A DNA stretch of 64,000 nucleotides from Macrostomum lignano (taxonomy: Eukaryota): positions 880,460 to 944,459 of the forward strand of contig NIVC01000073.1 in NCBI GenBank assembly GCA_002269645.1, read 5' to 3'. Each line of letters starts with the position of its first letter. The stretch's first letter is position 1. Below, piece by piece: positions 34,485 through 64,000 of this stretch. The notes below the pieces were generated by a model. It did not search any database. It was not told where the DNA came from and saw only the letters and a program-made list of their open reading frames with translations. The position numbers and the translations under genes were made by a program.

Positions 34485-35750
34485 TACCGTATCATAGGGA
34501 TCCGGGATTTGGGATCTACTATCATAGGGATCCGGGATTTGGGATCTCCACTCATAGGGATCCGGGATTTGGGATCTCCACTCATAGGGATCTAGGATTT
34601 GGGATCTACTATCATAGGGATCTGGGATTTGGGATTTCCTATCATAGGGATCTGGGATATTCTATCATAGGGACCTAGGATTTGGGATTTCCTATCATAG
34701 GGACCTGGGATTTGGGATTTCCTATCATAGGGATCTAAGATATCCTATCATAGGATCTAGGATTTGGGATCTCCACTAATAGGGATCGAGGATTTGGGAT
34801 CTACTATCATAGGGATCTGGGATTTGGGATTTCCTATCATAGGGATCTGGGATATTCTATCATAGGGATCTAGGATTTGGGATTTCCTATCATAGGGACC
34901 TGGGATTTGGGATTTCCTATCATAGGGATCTGGGATATCCTATCATAGGATCTAGGATTTGGGATTTCCTATCATAGGGATCTGGGATTTGGGATCTACT
35001 ATCATAGGGATCTGGAATTTGGGATTTCCTATCATAGGGATCTGCGATATTCTATCATAGGGATCTAGGATTAGGGATTTCCTATCATAGGGACCTGGGA
35101 TTTGGGATTTCCTATCATAGGGATCTGGGATATCCTATCATAGGGATCCGGGATTTGGGATTTCCTATCATAGGGATCCGGGATTTGGGATCTCCTATCA
35201 TAGGGATCCGGGATTTGGGATCTCCTATCATAGAGATCTGGGATTTGGGATCTCCTATCATAGGGATCCGGGATTTGGGATCTCCTATCATAGGGATCTG
35301 GGATATCCTATCATAGGAATCTAGGATTTGGGATTTCCTATCATAGGGATCCGGGATTTGGGATCTCCTATCATAGGGATCCGGGATTTGGGATCTCCTA
35401 TCATAGAGATCTGGGATTTGGGACTTCCTATCATAGGGATCCGGGATTTGAAATCTCCTATCAAAGGGATCCGGGATTTGGGATTTCCTATCATAGGGAT
35501 CTAGGATTTGGGATCGCCTATCATAGGGATCTGGGATTTGGGATCTCCTATCATAGGGATCTGGGATTTGGGATCTCCTATCATAGGGATCTGGGATTTG
35601 GGATCGCCTATCATAGGGATCCGGGATTTGGGATCTCTTATCATAGGGATCTGGGATCTCCTATCATAGGGATCTAGGATTTGGGATCGCCTATCATAGG
35701 GATCCGGGATTTGGGATCTCCTATCATAGGGATCCGGGATTTAGGATCCT
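34485..35750. repeat. Intergenic array, 30-bp unit CTATCATAGGGATCCGGGATTTGGGATCTC with 23-bp variants
   Basis: Read directly; lies between the SOCS-box gene stop and PFAS. Confidence 0.95.
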
Positions 35751-35814
35751 CTATAGTTTTCGGAAAGGCAAGTTTATCTACTGAACCTATTTACGCACAC
35801 AATGCAGCAATATA

Positions 35815-38339
35815 TTAGCTAGGAGAAACTGACTGCAGCCTTGGCAACCTATCCAATATCTGGCAGAGCTCCCCGTGACTAAGGTAAACAATGGACTCGC
35901 GCAGCATAGGCGGCAGATTAGTTAAAGTTGCTACGCGTTTTTGAAAATGAACGCCGCCAATGCAACGGCGAACAGAATTCCTGGCTAGCAAGTAGAGCGG
36001 CAGTGGCTGCACAAACAGTTGGCCGACTTTGCTCACCCGATCGTAGAACACTCTTCGCTGTCGGACGAACAGCGCCTTCTCGGCGTCGTTGTGAAATTTT
36101 CGACCGTGTAAAAATGAGGCCACGTGAGAGAAATCGTTTAAAAAATCGTCCATGGTGATGTTCATGTCCGTGAGGTGCTTCACCTGTGTACAAATAAGGG
36201 CAGTGTGTTAGTTGTTTAATGGCTTTATTTTATTTTTTATTTACTAACGCAATGTTTTTATGTCAATATTAAACCTGTATAGCTAAGGTCTTTGTTGTAG
36301 GATACTGGACCTGCATAACTAAGGTCTTTGTTGTGGGATACTGGATCTGCATAACTAAGGTCTTTGATGTGGGATATTAAACCTGCATAACTGAGGTTTT
36401 TGTTATGGGACATTGGACCTACAAGTACATGTAAGCTACCAAAAAGTAGGTCTTTGTAGTGGATACTGAACCAAATGAAACATTCACCTGCGCGGGAGTT
36501 CCGCAAAATGTCAGAAACAGATTTAGAAAAGCGTCCTCATAGCCAATGACATCGCAGGCGGTCATAATGTCCACCAGCAGCCGTATTAGACAGAGCGAGA
36601 ACTCCCGCTGTTCCGGGCGAATCTTTGGACAGCCAACGCAGGTGTCATGCAGATGAAGCCCATTGCGCAATAGCGGCTCAAGCATCTGTAGTCGAAGCTT
36701 GAAATGCGATTTCCAATCAACCTGGTGCTGCAATAGGCAATTAACATTGTTGCCAATGCGAACTAGTTCGGCTAACTCGTACTCCATTCGGTCCAGCACG
36801 ATCTTCCGCCCGAATACCATGCGGGCGCCGATGTCGAACCAGAATGCTAACAGAGGGAACCGGCAGTCCCTGCGTATTGGAGTGGCGAGTTAAAGACTGC
36901 GTTTACCGTCGCAAATTATTCGGTAATCTGACTTTCTAATCCTAGGCATGTACACTACACTCTCTGTGGCTTGGGGGTTGGCACTCGGGGCTGCGAATCG
37001 CACGACAATCCACCAGCCAATTTTCGTGAGCAAGTCCCGAAAAATGTGTATCCGGGATACGGGTGAATGGCCGGATCAGACAGGAGACCCGGGGGTGAAT
37101 GGCCGGATCAGACAGGAGATCCGGGGGGGTGAATGGCCGGATCAGACAGGAGACCCGGGGGTGAATGGCCGGATCAGACAGGAGACCCGGGGGTGAATGG
37201 CCGGATCAGACAGGAGAACCGTGTGAATGGCCGGATCAGACAGGAGACCCGGGGGTGAATGGCCGGCTCAGACAGGAGACCCCGGGGGTGAATGGCCGGA
37301 TCAGACAGGAGACCCGTGTGAATGGCCGGATCAGACAGGAGACCCGGGGGTGAATGGCCGGCTCAGACAGGAGACCCGTGTGAATGGCCGGATCAGACAT
37401 GAGACCCGGGGGTGAATGGCCGGCTCAGACAGGAGACCCGGGGGTGAATGGCCGGCTCAGACAGGAGACCCGTGTGAATGGCCGGATCAGACATGAGACC
37501 CGGGGGTGAATGGCCGGCTCAGACAGGAGACCCGGGGGTGAATGGCCGGATCAGACAGGAGACCCGGAGGGGGGGAGAATGGCCAGATCAGACAGGAGAC
37601 CCGGGCGTGAATGGCCGGATCAGACAGGAGACCCGGGGGTGAATGGCCGGATCAGACAGGAGACCCGGAGGGGGGGGGGGAGAATGGCCAGATCAGACAG
37701 GAGACCCGGGCGTGAATGGCCGGATCAGACAGGAGACCCGGGGGTGAATGGCCGGATCAGACAGGAGACCCGGGGGTGAATGGCCGGATCAGACAGGAGA
37801 CCCGGGGGTGAATGGCCGGATCAGACAGGAGACCCGGGGGTGAATGGCCGGATCAGACAGGAGACCCGGGGGTGAATGGCCGGATCAGACAGGAGACCCA
37901 GGGTTGAATGGCGATCAGACAGAAGACCGGGGGGTGAATGGCCGGGTCAGACAGGAGACCCGTGTGAATGGCCGAACACACAAAAGACACACCTATGCAG
38001 AGCATAATCTTCAGCTTCGTCTAATCGCCTGTCAACTCGTTCCACGTGATGCGGATTAAGACCGGCCGCCACCAGCTGTCTCAAGACGTCAAAGCTGTTC
38101 ACCTCCAGAGCGTAGGCCAGGGGACTAATACATCTAGGCTTGTACATTGGCGCCATTATTGATCGATTATTTTTAATAGGCGAATACCAGCCCCACATGA
38201 TCTCTTCATTCTGGTCATTGTCTTTCAATACGCGTCTAACCAGTTGAGTTAGCTGGTTAATCTCTTTGCTATCAATCAGTTGCCTGATTTGCTTGGTGAG
38301 CTCCTCGACTTGCTGTTGTTGTTGTCCGGATTGGGCCTC
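35815..38339 (-). CDS. SOCS-box protein with an ankyrin-like repeat (ASB-like, unassigned); exons 38339-37993, 36869-36488, 36183-35815
   Basis: Phase-compatible GT-AG junctions (CATAG|GTGTGT to gcag|G GAC; CAG|GTGAAT to acag|GTG). C-terminal PLPLYLLARNSVRRCIG...LPPMLRESIVY fits a SOCS box; SPLAYALEVNSFDVLRQLVAAGLNP resembles one ankyrin repeat. The 5' end is unresolved. Confidence 0.75.
36280..36440. repeat. Intronic degenerate 36-bp array TAAGGTCTTTGTTGTAGGATACTGGACCTGCATAAC
   Basis: About 4-5 units in intron 36184-36487. Confidence 0.85.
36928..36982 (+). mobile_element. Short fragment of the dispersed modular repeat
   Basis: CTGACTTTCTAATC matches ~15395; TAGGCATGTACAC..CTGTGGCTTGGGGGTTGG matches 15148-15183. 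Confidence 0.5.
37062..37975. repeat. Intronic array, ~32-bp unit GTGAATGGCCGGATCAGACAGGAGACCCGGGG
   Basis: About 28 units in intron 36870-37992. Confidence 0.95.
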
Positions 38340-38481
38340 CTGAAATTGAAATATTAATTAGAAATATTAATTGGGCTAATGGCACACAATAGAAACTCTG
38401 GACCGGTATTAAATTAGTATTATTACATTACTGTTATTATATTCTCGACCATAAATATTATCCATATGTAATCAAGTTTTG

Positions 38482-38775
38482 CAAGCTGGAATCTGTTACA
38501 AGCAGGAATCTGTTCCAAGCTGGAATCTGTTACAAGCTGGAATCTGTAACAAGCTGGAATCTGTTACAAGCTGGAATCTGTTACAAGCAGGAATCTGTTA
38601 CAAGCTGGAATCTGTTACAAGCTGGAATCTGTTACAAGCTGGAATCTGTAACAAGCTGGAATCTGTAACAAGCTGGAATCTGTTACGAGCTGGAATCTGT
38701 TACAAGCAGGAATCTGTTACAAGCTGGAATCTGTTACAAGCTGGAATCTGTAACAAGCTGGAATCTGTTACAAGT
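38482..38775. repeat. 17-bp array ACAAGCTGGAATCTGTT
   Basis: About 17 units. Confidence 0.93.
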
Positions 38776-39986
38776 AGAAAATTTTACACACTGTCCAAAA
38801 CTATATTTGAAGCAAAAACTTTGGCGCTGGCCTATGAAAATTATAACCATCCTACTCCTACAGTTGTAATATAAAATAGACGAAATTAATGGGCAAAACG
38901 CAAAAGTCCAAACACGGGTAGTGCTGCTTCTTTTACTTCAAAATTTAATAAGTAGAAAGAAACGAATGTTCTCTCAGATCCAAACAGGTTAGCGATTTTA
39001 TTTGGTGTCGTCATGCAACCACTTGACGAGCGTGTCTCAGTAGTGTCTATCGTAAAAATTACCCGTAAAAAATTGCCCAGCGAACCAATGCGTTATCTAG
39101 CTTTGTATACAAATAAGCAACGTTTATTTACAGAAAAAAACCAAAAAGCAAACATTAAAAGACACTTATGAAGCAGGCAAAAGCACAAAGAAAAGCAAAC
39201 AAGAAAAAGCAAACAACTACAGTTAGCAATATACAAGCAAGCAAGCACGCACTCAACAATTACCATTGATATAAGAAATTTGTCTCTCTAGCTGTCAGTT
39301 CTACTTTGGGCACTCCGTTTAAACGAAAATGAACCGATAAAACAAAACAATTGTTTATATTTAAATTTGAAAAACAAACAATCCAACATGTTACGACCCA
39401 AGCGGACGTCTAAAATGAGAACTAGTAAAAAAGCAACACATCATTCCTATACAGGAATTGGCACGAAATGTTAATGAATTTGTGGCATTATATTAAAAAC
39501 CAACTCAAAGCATGCATTTTGGTTTGCGCAAACATTTCTAAAGATAGCAATTTTTGCACCACAGCCGAAAAAAATAACAAAATTAACAAAGTGCACACAA
39601 ATTCGAAACATTTTTTATAACTGGGTCACGGGCCAGACGCCTCAACAACAAATATTGAGCCAAGTTTCGGAATGACAGACAGGACTAATTGTACAAATTT
39701 TCGTATTAGTTTAATAAACAAAATTTAATAAACAGAAACCGAAATAATTATAAATAAACATGGAACCGATTTTATACGCAAATAATGAAATGATTTCTAT
39801 ATGATTTCCTCCACTCTACAATCGTTAACACAAAAGAAAAACACACATTTTACTTGAAGCAACAGAAAATATCGCATTAATTATATATGAATAAAAGGAC
39901 CAATCTCTCCCCCCCCCCACAAACAACTGACTAGGTAAAAAATATTTCATAGGCAAAATATGAGGATTTTATTAACAAAAGGTGTT

Positions 39987-40284
39987 CAGGATGCAGTAGC
40001 CCAGGGTGGCGCTCTCAGGTGCCAGCGGCCCAGGCTCGATTTCAAGTGCAGTCGCATCAATTTGAGGCTAAATTGGAATCTCGGCTTGGCTCTGCTCGTG
40101 CAATTAACGCCCAGCTTGAGGCCCAAACCCCCAAGGCACAGTGAAGTGTACATGCATAACGATAAATAAAGTTAGGGCCGCTGTACACTCCTGTGTGAGT
40201 GTGTGCCTGCGCGTATGACTGCGTACGTATCCGAGCGCTTGTGTGACAATGTCGCTTTAAAGTGCGCCAGGGTGCAGACAGCCC
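39987..40284 (-). mobile_element. Dispersed modular repeat, copy 2 (inverted relative to the copy at 15046)
   Basis: Long high-identity reverse-complement match to 15069-15287, which is why ORFs 15067..15309(-) and 39960..40169(+) share peptide sequence. Confidence 0.78.
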
Positions 40285-40422
40285 TCCTGCCTACAAATAG
40301 AAAAGGTACCAAGGATACTGGGTAAAAGGCGAGAACTTAGCTGCCTCGTCAGCTAATTAGTTCACTCATCCTGAACTTATATTGAATGCCAGTAATTTAT
40401 GTGCAAAACAACAACAAGACAA

Positions 40423-58545
<18,123 letters not shown>

Positions 58546-59904
58546 GGCTGGAGCCTGGCAAGCTGCCAAAAATTATTAGTTATTAAATTAGGTGCACAGT
58601 TTAGCTTTAAGCAGTTTGTAGCATTGAAGTACAGTTGATTTACTAATGCAGATGCTCTTGAAGCAGGTTTAGACTCATGCAGTCAATAAAGATAGCAGGT
58701 TTAACTAATGTAGTAAAAATCAGGAATGACTATAAACTAACCTTTATTATCATCTATTTAGTGCTTGGAAAACAACTTTAAATACTGATGACAAATTTAG
58801 GAAGACATATTTGTCAATTCTAGCAAAAATCATTCAAAATTCACTTTTTGGATATCTTTGATTTTCTATGTCACTTTTTTCTTCCTCACTATTTCTTTCC
58901 TTGTTTCTTTGCATTTTTAGAGTTGCTAATTTTGCAATTTACAATTGATTACCCACAGAAATAGCATAAAACTAAATTATCCATTGTACAATGCATATGT
59001 ATAGATGCAAATATGTTTAAGTATAAGTATATAATAAGTATAAAAACAAAAACATTTATGTAAGATTTAAGAATGTTATTAGAGTTCCACTTTACTCATA
59101 GCTATAGATATGGTTATAGGAAGTTACAAATACAAAGGTTCTTAGACAGAACATGCAAATGTGGATATTGTTATAGTGTTAATTATTAATTTTTATATTT
59201 TCTACATCCAGACCACTTCATAGCTTGGAAGAATTGAGACTTGGAAAGGGGAGAGGAGAAAAAGAAGAAGTAAGGAAAGAAGGGGGAGGGAAGAGAGAAG
59301 AGAGAAGAAGAGGGATGAAAAGGGGGATAGAAGAATAAAAGAAAAAAGAGGGAAAAACAGCCAAAAAATGAACAAATTATTAGGAAATTAGTGTTATAGA
59401 TATATTCTAGATTACCTACATGCATGTGCAACCCCCTGATATACACTGGCTATATGTCTTACTTTTTTTACAAAAAATGCAACTAACCTCTAAAAGACAC
59501 CAAAGCAAAATTAATGTGATTTTGTGTAAATGACTTATGGATATAGAAACATTTTTGTTATATCATAACTTTAAATTTGTATTAAATTATAATGTATATA
59601 CATTCTATAGATATTTTACATAAATAATATTAAATAATAATAATAGTTAATTAATATGTGCCCCATACATGCCCAACACCTGTCCAACCTATCTGAACTA
59701 GACAGGTAAAATTGCTCCCAGCCAAGGTAAGTTGCAAAATTGAAAATGCAAAAAACAAAAAATTGGGAGAAGAAAGAAAGGGGAGGAAGAGAAAAGGAAA
59801 AGAAAAAAAAGGAGAAGAGAGAGGAAAGAGGAGAGAGAAAGAGAAGAAAAGAGAAAAAGGCAAGAAAAGTCATATACAAAATGAAAATTAAGTCGCAATC
59901 AGGG

Positions 59905-60025
59905 GAACTAAGTCATAATTAGGAAGAAATAAGTCCAAATTAGGAGGAACTAAGTTGAAATCAAGAGGAACTAAGTTGCAATCGGGAGGAACTAAGTCAC
60001 AATTGGGAGGAACTAAGTCACAATC
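59905..60025. repeat. Degenerate 21-bp array GGAGGAACTAAGTCACAATT
   Basis: About 6 diverged units. Confidence 0.75.
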
Positions 60026-61255
60026 AGAGTTCCTGGCAGAGTTCCTGGCCAGAGTGCATTCAAGAGCTTGGTCATCCACCCTATAGCCCTGACCTGGCCC
60101 CCTGTAATTTTTTTGTGTTTCCACAAATCAAGCGCAAGATACGTGGAATCTGCTATGGATCACCAGAAGCTGCAATAGAGGCCTTCACCTGGCATGTTTG
60201 CTGTTGTTGTATAGTGCATCTAAAAGCTGTATATGGCTTTTTAGTCTAAGTAATAAAGGGGGAAGGGTTACCACATACCTTCAATTACCCCAACTAATGC
60301 TAGCACCTATTTTACAATTGGATAAGTCATGTAAACTATTATTTATAAATATATTGTATAATGGAAATGATTCAAAACCTTTTTGTTAATATGACATTGA
60401 TAGAAAAAGAGCCTTTCAAAAATTAAAATATTGTTATCAAGATCATTAACTAAAGACAAAAAATGTATAAAAATATAAAGCAATAGTTGGAACACATAGG
60501 AATCACTAAGATTTTGAGACCCAAGTTGAATTGCTGATATATTAAGGCTTACTAAGAGAATTACTAAGATATCATGGCTTATCACTACAATTGCTAAGAT
60601 ATCAAGGCCAAGATAGAATTTTATAAAAAATCCTAGACATGTTTTATGCATGCTAAAAAAACTTGTGCACTTGCACTTATATTGTTAATAAACTTGCACA
60701 TTTGAATAGACTTTTATAAAAATATTGTATAATAAAAACTAGAAGGTAGGATGAATTATCTGAAAAGTTTATATTCTGTATATGACATATAAATCAAAGT
60801 TTTTGCAAGGAAGAGACAATGTAAATAGGCTTCCCAAAAAGGTCCTTGATTGTCAAAATTGTAGAAAAGGTCCTTTATTATTGGAACTACAAAAAAGTCT
60901 TATTATTAGAAGTCAAAAAAAAATTGCACATTAAAAGATAAGAAACTTGTGCTTGTGCAAAATATTTCTATACAAATTTCTATTCCAAAATTGCCATGTA
61001 AAGATTCTATCCTGGCATCAAAGATTATTAGGCCTAAGAGTTTCTAAATTGCTATAATGGTAAGACTTAGGGAGAGGGGAATCATTGAGATGTCAAGGCA
61101 AATATGATTTATACAAATAATTTGTGTTCTTCGCTTATTGGCCATCCTAAAGTGGGACACTAGATTGATAATAGATCTTTACCTTTTATATGCATTATTA
61201 TTAGTAGCAAGTAAGACCAATATTCAATAAGCATGACAAATATACAAAAAATGAT

Positions 61256-61416
61256 CAGGGGCATAGCTAGGAATTTCCTATGGGAGAGATATACCAAGGT
61301 AAAAGTGCTATGACAAAGTCACATGGTAGCATGTATAGCAACAAAGGGCAATAAGAAAGTTTTGGTCAGGCTCTTTGGGGGATATATCCCCCTATCCCCC
61401 CCTCTCTACATCCTTG
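61256..61416. mobile_element. Second, older hAT-type MITE (161 bp) related to 32878-33278
   Basis: Left end CAGGGGCATAGCTAGG; decayed right end CCTCTCTACATCCTTG; perfect 8-bp TSD AAAATGAT (61248-61255, 61417-61424); same subterminal palindrome GGGGATATATCCCC. Confidence 0.8.
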
Positions 61417-62222
61417 AAAATGATCAAGGATGATCAAGGATCCTTGATTATGATTTATGAAGCATAAAAACTTCAAAATAGCAATAAGCAACAGCATAGC
61501 CATAGGCCTATGCAAAAGCCATAATTAAAAAAAACACATTTAAGACAGATATAGGCTCAGATCTCATACCCAACCCACAGACTCCCATGTAACGAAAAAA
61601 AAATTCTAAAAAACAACTTTTAATTAGAGTTGCAAATGCATAGATCAATCTTGGGACAAGGGCATAACCTGCGAGGCTGCGACTGCCTATTGGGGTACTG
61701 ATAGCAAATGACTTACTTAACTAGGCCTAACAGCTAACACTGAATTGTTTGTTACTTCTTTCAACAAGCGACTTTTTAGAAATTATTATGTGAGCAATAA
61801 ATCGCACTTGCACTAGTCATATTAGTTCGTTGTTAAGTATGCCGAGGGAGTGCCTAGCCGGCAACTCCCTGGCCGCGCGTCACTCGCACTAGTCATATTA
61901 GAGTTTGCAACTCTCACATTTATATTGCTATCGATAGATAATTTCTTTGAAGACCAACAAGGAGTGTTTTTAAAAATATTATCAGTTTTAACAAAAGTTG
62001 TATAAAATGTTTTCTAAAGCCGCAAAAAGCGGTGGCATTTTAAGATTTTTAAAATAAATAAACAGTAAAAAGTTGAAAAAAATTGGATTTTTTGGCAATT
62101 AAAAGCCTTTACACTAAAACAGCACTAATTCGTCAAAGAAATATGTGACATTTTACCATCAGTTGAGGCCGCTAAACTATAGACTATAATTTTTCGTGAG
62201 TGCTTAGATAAAAGGATTATCA

Positions 62223-63885
62223 ATGAAATCAGAATCTCTATGGGTAGATAAAGTTGTCGATCGCGACAAGAATGACCAATGGTACGTGCGTTTCTTCATT
62301 TTCAGTTTGATAACTGTTAGTAGACATTTCCCTTTTAGCTACATTTTTTAATTATACGGCTACATCTACTTTATCTGACAACACTTAACAAAAATATTAT
62401 TTTTTAACAAAAAATTAGGCTGAAGTCGAGGCTTTATTTGATTTTTTTATTCAACTCTGGTGAATAACTCATGAGTCTGCGTTGCCTTTCATGTGCTTTT
62501 TAGTATCTGGGACCTCTGCTTCAGTCCTGACGGAATGCAGATTGTGGCCGCTGCAGGAAGCAGGGTGCTTGTATACAACGCCGAAGACGGAGCACTTATT
62601 CAGGCCCTGAAAGGTCACAAGGACGCAGTTTATTGCGTGACTTACGCCAAGGATGGCAAACGCTTTGCCAGCGGTTCTGCAGACAAGATGGTTATAATTT
62701 GGGCAACCAAGCCGAAGTTGGAAGGAATTTTGAAATACTCGTGAGTTCTTTGATTCCATTTGCATATATAAATATAATGATCCTGATTTTGCTTAAACTA
62801 TCATCACTAGTACCAAACTCTTTCTTGCAGGCACAACGATAGCATCCAGTGCCTGGCATTCAATCCCCTTAGCGGCCAGTTGGCCTCCTGCGCCTGCTCC
62901 GACTTCGGTCTCTGGTCGACGGAACAAAAATCTGTTAATAAAAGCAAAGTAGCTGCCAGAGTTACCTGCTGCAGCTGGACTAAGGATGGGCAGTACCTTG
63001 CTATAGGATTGTACAACGGTGTCATCAGCATTAGGAGCAAGGTGAGGCAGTTCATATCGATGTTTTTTGTTTGGAGTAGTACATTCGTTGCTATTAAATT
63101 GTCCAAATCTCTGCCAATTATTGCTACCAAAATTACCAAAAGTGATGGTGCGTGCTAGTTGTATTTTTCTAAGAACCCCCCCCTTAACTATCTTTTAGCA
63201 AACGTCTTGCCAGTTTTATATTATTAGAAACACTAATGAAAATTAATTTGTCCCCTGCATAGTGTCCCAACTACTGTGGCTTTCCCAGTGTCCACCCCGA
63301 GTCATCTCTGTCTTTGTATCTGCCCTCCCATGTCTCCCCTGTTGGCCTCCATACCTCCCAGCTTGCTATCCACCTATTTGTCCTCCCCTGTCTCCTGTTC
63401 TGTCCTGTTCCCATGCCTCTATTATCCTTCACGCGACCCCCTATAACCGGTGTCCACCTTCTGTCCTCATATACCGTCCCATCTCTCCGTGCCACTGTCC
63501 CTCCCCCTGCTCATTCATTTCTCCTCTTACCCCCCTGTCTGCAACTGAAACTGAAGCAATTCCCAGCCTATTTCGCTATCTCTGCCCCCACCACAGACCG
63601 GAGAGGAGAAGCGCAAGTTTGAACGACCTGGCGGCGCCCTGAGCCCAGTCTGGTCTCTGGAATGGTGCCCGTCAAAGTGAGCCTTCTTTATTATTACGTT
63701 CGTATATTTGTTTATCTGGGTTTTTGTGACAAATAATACCGTTAAAAAGCAACAGTGTAAGTGCAAATGTTTTAATTTGCTCATTTAAACAAATTAAAAA
63801 ATTTTACAGAGACGATAAGCTGTACACTCTAGCCGCTGCAGACTGGGGCCAGAAAGTGGCTTTTTATCGTTTGCTGGAGAAGTCG
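62223..63885 (+). CDS. IFT122: Intraflagellar transport protein 122 (IFT-A, WD40), first five exons 62223-62281, 62504-62740, 62831-63041, 63597-63676, 63810-63885; continues beyond the window
   Basis: [10 protein letters not shown]...[25 protein letters not shown]...[27 protein letters not shown]...[15 protein letters not shown]...[12 protein letters not shown]...[11 protein letters not shown]...[18 protein letters not shown]...ADWGQKV closely follows the IFT122 N-terminus; all junction phases fit. Confidence 0.95.
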
Positions 63886-64000
63886 GTAAGAAGAAATCGC
63901 CTCTCAATAGCTCTTTGAGAAATATTTTTTTAATAGCCAATTGTTCGTATTTAAGAAATAGCTCGTTGATTCTCCACATAAGAACTTTGTAAGAGCGCAT

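Noticed and set aside
60361-60820. Possible decayed transposon ORF (KEPFKN*NIVIKIIN*...LEHIGITKI...)
   Set aside because: Stop density is compatible with random AT-rich DNA, and the resemblance to an integrase GHxGIxK motif is too weak; a translated HMM search would be needed.

Overview
Eukaryotic (metazoan) genomic DNA, not prokaryotic: GT-AG spliced genes whose introns and spacers are packed with short-unit tandem arrays, by rough tally about 40% of the window. GC-rich exons, a different minisatellite in almost every intron and intronless C-type lectins resemble the flatworm Macrostomum lignano; this is inference only. Genes in order: the 3' part of TMEM26 (+); six co-oriented minus-strand genes (C-type lectin/PAN-like, intronless divergent Vav-like GEF, second C-type lectin/PAN-like, PFAS with 8 coding exons, an ankyrin-like/SOCS-box protein, IRE1/ERN1 with 13 reconstructed exons); and the 5' part of IFT122 (+). 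Mobile DNA: two related hAT-type MITEs with perfect 8-bp target-site duplications, a tRNA-headed CORE-like SINE, and a modular dispersed repeat with 4 pieces. Main leads: (1) PFAS, and probably the SOCS-box gene, begin at phase-0 splice acceptors with no in-frame ATG, compatible with an operon resolved by spliced-leader trans-splicing with a leader-supplied AUG; (2) an IRE1 with long extensions at both ends; (3) a Vav-like protein lacking the autoinhibitory acidic region and the SH3; (4) arrays whose terminal units overlap splice sites or a stop codon; (5) a nearly CpG-free 3-kb island. Exon boundaries were read by hand; repeat boundaries are approximate.
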